From assembly GCA_964389675.1 (NCBI GenBank), contig CAYMEV010000007.1, positions 62,001 through 126,000 on the forward strand: 64,000 bases of DNA, in the 5' to 3' direction. This DNA is from an uncultured Candidatus Sumerlaeota bacterium. Lineage in GTDB: Bacteria; CAYMEV01. Below are positions 56,933 through 64,000 of the stretch, in pieces; position 1 is the stretch's first letter; each line of letters starts with the position of its first letter. Position numbers and translations under genes: made by a program. The notes beneath the pieces are model-generated. The model saw nothing but the letters and a program-made list of their open reading frames with translations. It had not been told where the DNA came from and did not search any database.

Positions 56933-59900
56933 ATGATAACAGGATTTAATACAGACCTTGTCCATAATGGAGAGACCTACCACGTACAGACCCAGGAAAG
57001 AGGGGTCAACAGCTTTGTTCTGGATACCTATCTTTATAAAAGCGGCAGGATACTGGAAAGTTTTGAGGTATCCTATGAACATATCAAAAAAGATGACGAT
57101 TATATAAAAAATGTACGCCTTCTAATGGGAAAGCAGCACAACAAGATGATTAAAATGCTTAAAGAAGGCCGCCTTCCTTATACCAAGAAGCTGGTGCAGA
57201 AAGCCCAGGGTTTTGTTGATGCCAAGGATTATGAACAGGCCAACAGGTATATTAAAGAAGCATTTCTGATGGCTCCTGAAGATGAGCAGATAATCAAGCT
57301 GAAAGAGACAATAGGAAAACACGTCAAGCCTGCACCGAAAAAGAAATATAAAACCATTGTCGGTTCAAAGAAAAAGGAGGCGCAGGAGGAGAAAGAGGCA
57401 CCTGCTTTCGAGGAAAATGCTGAAGATGGTGATTCTACAGTCCTTATGGAATCAGAATCAGAACAGGAAAACGATAAAAAAGACCCTTCAAAGATTATAG
57501 AACAGGGGGTAAAGATGATAGATGAGGGAGATATTAAATCCGCGATAAAATTCCTTGAAGAGGCTTATGAAAATGATCCTGACAACTATGATGTTTTTGA
57601 GCTGCTTCAGTCTGCAAGGCTGCAGCTTCAGGAAAAGGCCAAAAAAGAGGAAATACCATGTCTTTTTGAATTTGAAGGGAAAAAGTATTTTAATGTTGAT
57701 AGGGCAATTGATGATGGCCTGTTTCTTTTCGGAGATCTTCAGTATAAAGCGGCAAAGAACGTCTGGCAGAAAGCGCTGGAGTTTGACCCTGAAAACCAGA
57801 AAATCATAGGGTTTATAAGGGAAGCAGATGAAGCGATAAAAAACGATCAGGAATCATATCTTAAAGAAGAAGATGAAGAGACGGCCCCCGAAGCAGAAAA
57901 GAAGGAAACACAGGGTGAGGAGTATAATGAAGTAGACAGCAGTGAAACCATCATGATCGACAAAAAGCATATTGTTGATTTATTCCCGCCTGAACAGAAA
58001 CCCTCAAAAATAGAAAGCGAGAAAGCTGTTAAAACAAGTGAAAATCCTGAGAAAGAAGAAGTCATTGAGGAAGAAAAGCCCCAGAAAGAAGAACAGCTAG
58101 AACCCATCTCGGAAACCGGAGAGCCTGCGGAGGGTCAAATTCCTCAGGAACCTGCTGCTGAAGAAACAAGCGAGGATATACAGAGCATTGAAAAAGAAAA
58201 GCCGGTTATGGAAATGGAAGAGAAGACTGAAAATATAAAGCAAAGTGAAATTTCAGAGGAACCTGACAGATCAGAACCGGAAAAAATTAAGGCAGATGAA
58301 GCAGGCGGTGAAGAATTTAGTGAGGAAGAGCTGAATGAGACTATAGAGCTGGATCCCGGCCAGCTGGAGATGAAAAGCCAGGGGACAGCAGAAATGACTT
58401 ATGTCGTCAGCCCTGAATCGTCATTTAGAAGCGAGCCTGAGCCTGATGCCGCAATCACAGCGAAGGATTCGGAAGAAGAAGCATCTGCCGGCGATGCAAA
58501 CAAGGGAGATGATACTCTTTTTGAGGTTCCTGCAGACCATCTCCGAAATAAGGACCAGCGAATGAGCCAGCATGAGAATGCCATTACGCCTGCAGGCACT
58601 GAACTTACAGGAAAAGAAAGCTTTGTAAGTGATTATGATTCAGGCTCACCAGAGTTGGCAGGCAAAGAAAGAACAGATATTAGCACTGATGATACCAGCA
58701 GTATTATTTATGATACAGAAAAACTGGGGAAAAGGGTTATTGATCATACTCAGGAAAAATTAGAAACCATGGCTGAAAAATCTGAGATAAAAGATAAAGC
58801 AGAAGAAAAAGAAAAACCCTCTAAAAAAGATGCGGAACAGATAAAAAAGGATAAACAGCCTGCAGGTTCCCGACTGAAATCTGCAGAAAAGGTAGAGAAA
58901 AGGCCTGAGAAGAAAACAGAGGGGAAAAAGCCGGAACCAGAGCCAGTTTTTGAATCCGCAGTACCTGATATAAAAGAGGAAGAATTGCAGGAGGATAGCA
59001 TTCCCCGGAAAAAGAAGGATCCTTCCGCTGTGCCTGCCAGACAGAAAGCAAAAAAGGTACGTGCTGAAAGTGTGCCTTCAACACGCAAGCAGTCAAAAGT
59101 CCTTCTGGGTGCTATAATTGCAGTCCTTGTCATCTTCCCTGTCAGCCTTTATTTCATTGTCAGAGCAAGCAATATATCAAAAATGAGGATGGAAGCTGAA
59201 GAATTCTACAATAACGGCAACTATTCAGGTGCTATTAACACACTTGACAAGCTAATATCGAAATATCCCGAGGATTCTGAATTGCTGGAACTAAGAGCCA
59301 AAAGCTACTTTGGGAATAATGATCTTGAAAACGCAAAAGTGGATTATATGAAGCTTACAGAGATGCACAATGACAGTAATCTGGATGCCCTTATCTCTCT
59401 TGCCAAGATTGAAGCCTCCCTCAAAAATACGCATAATCTGGTAGCATTAATCCCAAAGATTCTTAAAATTGAAAACACCCCTGAAAACCTTTTAATGTTA
59501 TCTGACCTTGCTGTTGAAGTTGATCAAAAGCTTCTTGCCCTTGAGCTTTTAGAAAATGCCTTTAAGATTGAGCCGAATAACTGGAATATACTAAATAAGA
59601 AGACCAGGCTCTATTATAATATAGGTGATACTGATACTGCAAAAGCAGGTTTTGAAAAACTCCATGAGATTGACAAGGTAAATAAGGATTACCCGTATTA
59701 CCTGGCCAGGATATCCTATGATAACAATGATTACAGGAGGGCTCTGATCTATCTCAATAATATTGTAGATAAAGAGATAGACAAGGAAAATATAGACTAC
59801 CGGGTCCTGCACCTTCTTGGCGATGTGTATAAAAAGATGCAGGTTCACTCTCAGGCATTTCAGAAGTATAATGAGGCCAAAGAAATCCTTGAAAAAAAGG

Positions 59901-60403
59901 CACAAAAGGATAAGGAGCTTCTCCCCGAGCTTGCAAAGATCTATAGCAAGACGGGCCTGATCTGGCTCGAGAGGGCTGTAGAATTTAACGACAGGTCAGG
60001 GACTACAATGCAGAATGCAATGAAAGACTTCGAGACATCAATAGAGCTGAATCCAGCAAATCCTGATTGTTATGCTAATATGGGTAAGGCCTATGAGTTT
60101 ATGAATGACAATGAAAAAGCTGAATTCTATTACTATGAAGCATTAAGGTTTGACAGAAATAATCCGGAGCATTACATAGCCCTGTCAAAACTTTACAATA
60201 CAAAACTGAAGGATATTGACCGTGCTCATACTATTCTCAAAGATGCCTATTTAGAAGGGATTTTTGACTGTAACCTGCTGGCTGAGCTTATTGATATCAC
60301 CAGGAAAATCAATGAAAATGAAAAAGATGAAGCTAAGCGCCAGGAGAATGAAAAAGTGATCAGCAATTATCAAATAAGATCTCAGGTCATGGGATGCCCC
60401 TAA
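56933..60403 (+). CDS. Large bitopic TPR protein with long acidic low-complexity linker
   Basis: N-terminal MITGFNTD...YHVQT module; TPRs; about 400-aa E/K/P-rich linker; one TM (VLLGAIIAVLVIFPVSLYFIV); C-terminal TPR array. Confidence 0.75.
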   Translation: MITGFNTDLVHNGETYHVQTQERGVNSFVLDTYLYKSGRILESFEVSYEHIKKDDDYIKNVRLLMGKQHNKMIKMLKEGRLPYTKKLVQKAQGFVDAKDYEQANRYIKEAFLMAPEDEQIIKLKETIGKHVKPAPKKKYKTIVGSKKKEAQEEKEAPAFEENAEDGDSTVLMESESEQENDKKDPSKIIEQGVKMIDEGDIKSAIKFLEEAYENDPDNYDVFELLQSARLQLQEKAKKEEIPCLFEFEGKKYFNVDRAIDDGLFLFGDLQYKAAKNVWQKALEFDPENQKIIGFIREADEAIKNDQESYLKEEDEETAPEAEKKETQGEEYNEVDSSETIMIDKKHIVDLFPPEQKPSKIESEKAVKTSENPEKEEVIEEEKPQKEEQLEPISETGEPAEGQIPQEPAAEETSEDIQSIEKEKPVMEMEEKTENIKQSEISEEPDRSEPEKIKADEAGGEEFSEEELNETIELDPGQLEMKSQGTAEMTYVVSPESSFRSEPEPDAAITAKDSEEEASAGDANKGDDTLFEVPADHLRNKDQRMSQHENAITPAGTELTGKESFVSDYDSGSPELAGKERTDISTDDTSSIIYDTEKLGKRVIDHTQEKLETMAEKSEIKDKAEEKEKPSKKDAEQIKKDKQPAGSRLKSAEKVEKRPEKKTEGKKPEPEPVFESAVPDIKEEELQEDSIPRKKKDPSAVPARQKAKKVRAESVPSTRKQSKVLLGAIIAVLVIFPVSLYFIVRASNISKMRMEAEEFYNNGNYSGAINTLDKLISKYPEDSELLELRAKSYFGNNDLENAKVDYMKLTEMHNDSNLDALISLAKIEASLKNTHNLVALIPKILKIENTPENLLMLSDLAVEVDQKLLALELLENAFKIEPNNWNILNKKTRLYYNIGDTDTAKAGFEKLHEIDKVNKDYPYYLARISYDNNDYRRALIYLNNIVDKEIDKENIDYRVLHLLGDVYKKMQVHSQAFQKYNEAKEILEKKAQKDKELLPELAKIYSKTGLIWLERAVEFNDRSGTTMQNAMKDFETSIELNPANPDCYANMGKAYEFMNDNEKAEFYYYEALRFDRNNPEHYIALSKLYNTKLKDIDRAHTILKDAYLEGIFDCNLLAELIDITRKINENEKDEAKRQENEKVISNYQIRSQVMGCP

Positions 60404-60519
60404 TCCCTTTTTATAACCTCCAATAAAACCTTATAAAGCAAAAATGGATTATTATTGACAAAGTATCCCTTTTTAGATTAATCATAAAAAGCATATAAAC
60501 AGTTAAAGGAGGATTTATT

Positions 60520-61668
60520 TTGAGGAGAAAGTACTTATTTACTTCAGAGTCTGTAACAGAAGGCCACCCGGATAAAGTAGCAGACCAGATTTCTGACGGG
60601 GTCCTGGATGAACTGATAAGACAGGATAGTCACAGTAGGGTCGCAGTAGAGACGATCGTTACCACCGGTATGGCATTTGTAACCGGTGAAGTAACCACAA
60701 GAGGCTATGTGGATATACCTAAAGTTGTCAGGGGTGTTATCAGGGATATAGGTTATGATAATGCTGATTATGGCTTTGATTATAAAACCTGCGCTGTTAT
60801 GAGTGCTATTGATGAACAGTCTCCGGATATTGCAATGGGTGTGGATCCAGGTGGAGCTGGAGACCAGGGCATGATGTTCGGTTTTGCAAGCAATGAGACA
60901 GAAGAATTTATGCCTATGCCTATACTCCTTGCACATAAGCTCACAGACAGGCTGTCATACCTCAGAAGAAAGGGTATTCTCCCCTGGCTCAGGCCTGACG
61001 GCAAAAGCCAGGTTTCCGTAGAATATATTGACGGAAAGCCAAATAAGGTTAAGGTAGTTGTCATCTCTGCACAGCATTCACCTGATATCCCGCTTCAGGA
61101 CCTGAGAGAAGAGATCATCAAGAAGGTTGTAGAACCTGTAATTGACCCCAAGATTCGTGATGAAAACATTGTTTATCATATAAACCCAACCGGCAGGTTT
61201 GTTGTCGGAGGCCCACAGGGGGATTCAGGCCTTACCGGAAGAAAGATCATTGTTGATACATACGGCGGATTCGGTGCACACGGTGGTGGCGCCTTCTCTG
61301 GAAAGGACCCGACGAAGGTTGACAGGTCCGCTTCATACATGGCAAGATATATAGCAAAGAACATCGTTGCATCAGGGCTTCTTCCAAACTGCAGTGTCCA
61401 GATAGCTTATGCGATAGGCGTTGCAGAGCCTGTCAGCCTTATGATTGAATCCCTGGATAATAATACCGAGAAGCTTGAGAAGCTTGAAACAATAGTGAGA
61501 AAACTTTTCCCGCTAAAGCCTAAGGATATTATAGACTATCTCGACCTGAGAAGGCCTATATACCGTAAAACAGCAGCATTCGGGCATTTTGGAAGGGAAC
61601 TGGATGAATTTACATGGGAAAGAACTGACCTGAAAGATAAGATCAGGGAAGAATTTTCAAAGAAATAG
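60520..61668 (+). CDS. metK: S-adenosylmethionine synthetase
   Basis: [19 protein letters not shown] and GGGAFSGKD motifs; TTG start after AAGGAGG. Confidence 0.98.
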   Translation: MRRKYLFTSESVTEGHPDKVADQISDGVLDELIRQDSHSRVAVETIVTTGMAFVTGEVTTRGYVDIPKVVRGVIRDIGYDNADYGFDYKTCAVMSAIDEQSPDIAMGVDPGGAGDQGMMFGFASNETEEFMPMPILLAHKLTDRLSYLRRKGILPWLRPDGKSQVSVEYIDGKPNKVKVVVISAQHSPDIPLQDLREEIIKKVVEPVIDPKIRDENIVYHINPTGRFVVGGPQGDSGLTGRKIIVDTYGGFGAHGGGAFSGKDPTKVDRSASYMARYIAKNIVASGLLPNCSVQIAYAIGVAEPVSLMIESLDNNTEKLEKLETIVRKLFPLKPKDIIDYLDLRRPIYRKTAAFGHFGRELDEFTWERTDLKDKIREEFSKK

Positions 61669-61677
61669 TTATATATA

Positions 61678-61710
61678 TGTATGCAGGGCATAATGACTGC
61701 CCTGCATATA
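61678..61710. terminator. Hairpin between convergent metK and lptFG; likely bidirectional terminator
   Basis: TATGCAGGGCA-TAATGAC-TGCCCTGCATA inverted repeat with AT-rich flanks. Confidence 0.65.
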
Positions 61711-61714
61711 AAAT

Positions 61715-64000
61715 TTAGGTATCAGAAGAAAAAAGCAGATATATTCCGAGAAGCAGGAAAATTATGTTTGCAGCCCATGCTGCCAGAAATGGCGGAAGTA
61801 TTTCCGCCTTACCAAGCGATTGGAAAAGGGCTAATAAAATCCAGTATACTATTCCAAGCAATATGCTTATTACAACACCAAAAAACACTGCAGCCTTCCT
61901 TGTCTTAATTAATCCGAAAGGAAATGATATAAAAGCAAGCACAAGGCAGACAAATGGATAGGCTACCTTGAAATAGAGAGATACAACAAATTCCATAGAC
62001 TTGTACCCTCCCTTCTCAAGCCTTTTAACATATTCACCAAGCTCTGCATAGTTCATTTCCATTGGGTTTCTCTGTTCTCTTATGAAATAGTCAGGTTCCT
62101 CATTAAACTGATCAAATTCCTCAAGTTTTTCAAATGTCTCATATTTCATGGAATTGTCAGGCATAAAGCTTCTTATCCAGCCATTATAGAATATCCACTC
62201 TGAATTATTCCTGTTATATTCAGCAAGGGCAGAATGGATTACCTGCTTCATCTCAAAATCATCAGAATAGCTGTAGATCATAAGATTATAGAGCTTAATC
62301 TCTTTAGGGTCCACTATATGTATATTATAAATAGAGTTATGCAAGCCATGAAACCATTCCTGGTTCTGCATAAATGAATGATTCCTGTCCTTTTTTCTTA
62401 TATCATAGTTTTTTACGTCCCTGGATTTGCGAAGGGCCTGCGGGGCAAGATATTCATTTATCCAAAAAAGGCCGAAAGATATTATAAGGGATATTACCAT
62501 AAAGGGTATGAAAAGCCTGTATATGCTTATTCCCAATGCCTTGAAGGCAGTGATTTCATTGTTTTTCGAAAATAGGCCTATAGTTATAAGGATTGCAAGC
62601 AGGGTTGAGAAGGGTATTGCATAGCTGAGCAGGGTTGGTGCCCGGTATATTGTGTATAGAAGCAGATTAAAAAGGCTGCTTTGATTTTTTAGAACATCGT
62701 CAATTATCTGGAAAGCATCTATTACTATAAAGAGGATCGCTGAGATTGATATTACTCCTGCAAAGTTTTTTATGAAGCTCTTTAAGAGATATCGGTCAAG
62801 TATCATCAGCAGATTGGTTCTACTCCTGAGCCTTGCTGATTGTATCTCCTTTGAATCCTGAAAACTGTCTTTATGAATCCTGTCGACAGTATTTGTTTTT
62901 CTCCTTGTTACTATTGCCTCCAGAGGCTTTAAAAGCTTCTGTATGAAACGATTGTTTGCCTCTATTGATGATCTGTAAACAAGGAAAACTGATACTGCTC
63001 CAAGTATGATGTTTGGCATCCAGATTGATAGGACAGGATTTATATACCCTTCCTTTCCCAGTGTTTCACCAAGGATAAACAGTATATAATAGATTAGAAT
63101 TATGAAAAGGCTTACAGCTATGCCTGAATATTTTCCCCCCCGCGAAAATATTGTTCCAAAGGGGAGAGATATGAGGACAAATATGATACAGCTGAATGGA
63201 AGGCTGAATTTCTTTGCATATTCAAGCCTTATGCTGTTTACAAGCTTTTTTGCATATATAAGCTCATTTTCAAGGATATTAAGTTCATGCTTCTGGGATT
63301 CTGACAGGTTCTGCACGGCATAGCCCATCTTCTTTTCTGTCATTTTCAAAATGCTTTCCCTTGCAGAATTAAGCTGTTCCATCAGCTCATAAACTGTCAT
63401 CTCCTTTATTCCTTTAGGGGTTTTATCTGATTTAGCTTCGGTTTCAAAGCCTATCCTGATATCCTGTGTATTGAATTTGCTAATATCATATGTTGATTTC
63501 TGAAATGATTCCATAATATGGATGCTTCCGTTGACAAGCCTTAATATAATTTCATCCTGGTCCGGCTTTGAGATAAAATAACCCTCTTGAGCCAGTATTA
63601 TGCTGGTCTTCCCCGTTTCCCTCTCATCTGAAATAAAGAGGCCCTCCATGATCCCTTCCTTGGTTATATTTTCAGTATATAGCAGGATATTTTCATAATC
63701 AGAATTAAATACCTTGGGATCAAGCCCGGCTGTTGCTTTTGAAAGGAGTATCTGGCTCTTTAGTGACCTGAATTTATGATTGCTGTATGGAAGAAGATCG
63801 AGCATCAAAAAAGCACATATAAGAAAAATCAGGATCCCAAGGAACAGCAATGGCTTTAACATTTTGAATATGCTTATACCAGATGATTTCATTGCTATTA
63901 TTTCATAGTCATTGCTTAATCTGGACAGACCCATAAGAATTCCAAGCAACAGGCTCATCGGTATGCTCAAGGACAGGATAAAAGGCAGTGAGAGAAGTAT
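61715..64000 (-). CDS. Fused LptF-LptG LPS export ABC permease (5' end lies beyond the window)
   Basis: Two YjgP/YjgQ units: RLSNDYEIIAMKSSGIS...WMPN and ILDRY...KNNEITAFKALGIS...AWAAN; the frame stays open to the window edge. Confidence 0.88.
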   Translation of the reverse strand: MLLSLPFILSLSIPMSLLLGILMGLSRLSNDYEIIAMKSSGISIFKMLKPLLFLGILIFLICAFLMLDLLPYSNHKFRSLKSQILLSKATAGLDPKVFNSDYENILLYTENITKEGIMEGLFISDERETGKTSIILAQEGYFISKPDQDEIILRLVNGSIHIMESFQKSTYDISKFNTQDIRIGFETEAKSDKTPKGIKEMTVYELMEQLNSARESILKMTEKKMGYAVQNLSESQKHELNILENELIYAKKLVNSIRLEYAKKFSLPFSCIIFVLISLPFGTIFSRGGKYSGIAVSLFIILIYYILFILGETLGKEGYINPVLSIWMPNIILGAVSVFLVYRSSIEANNRFIQKLLKPLEAIVTRRKTNTVDRIHKDSFQDSKEIQSARLRSRTNLLMILDRYLLKSFIKNFAGVISISAILFIVIDAFQIIDDVLKNQSSLFNLLLYTIYRAPTLLSYAIPFSTLLAILITIGLFSKNNEITAFKALGISIYRLFIPFMVISLIISFGLFWINEYLAPQALRKSRDVKNYDIRKKDRNHSFMQNQEWFHGLHNSIYNIHIVDPKEIKLYNLMIYSYSDDFEMKQVIHSALAEYNRNNSEWIFYNGWIRSFMPDNSMKYETFEKLEEFDQFNEEPDYFIREQRNPMEMNYAELGEYVKRLEKGGYKSMEFVVSLYFKVAYPFVCLVLAFISFPFGLIKTRKAAVFFGVVISILLGIVYWILLALFQSLGKAEILPPFLAAWAANIIFLLLGIYLLFSSDT

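Noticed and set aside
60404-60519. SAM riboswitch upstream of metK
   Set aside because: The intergenic region is short and very AT-rich, with no recognisable SAM-I or SAM-II structure.
511-63323. Numerous short (60-180 aa) antisense or nested ORFs in the track
   Set aside because: Nearly all lie within well-supported genes on another frame or strand and show no recognisable motifs, so they are treated as shadow ORFs.

Overview
AT-rich, gene-dense chromosomal segment from an unidentified diderm bacterium (LptF/LptG, DUF374 acyltransferases, predicted outer-membrane beta-barrels, GH57, Ptb, DUF6178). Most of it is housekeeping or envelope genes: a heterodimeric ABC exporter, K+ channel, nucleoside CNT transporter, htpG, radA, nadB, era, rnhB, secA, metK, lptFG and an initiator-type tRNA-Met. 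No CRISPR array, rRNA, integrase or transposase was seen. The standout is a tight co-oriented cluster downstream of htpG (8157-13620). It encodes a 923-aa membrane protein whose C-terminal 45 residues are a regular Cys/His repeat, AC-(HSAC)3-V-(HSAC)3-VC-(HSAC)3-VSRF, kept in synonymous codons. One base later comes a PqqD/RRE-radical SAM-SPASM enzyme, followed by a coiled-coil zinc-ribbon protein. This looks like a RiPP-type maturation system whose substrate is the tail of an integral membrane protein rather than a small free precursor. Secondary observations include a catalytically stripped glycogen synthase homolog, a nitrilase-family protein with Cys-to-Ser at the nucleophile, a SHOCT/beta-helix repeat protein, tandem DUF374 paralogs and a large bitopic TPR/acidic-linker protein. 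All calls come from reading motifs by eye; no database search was run.
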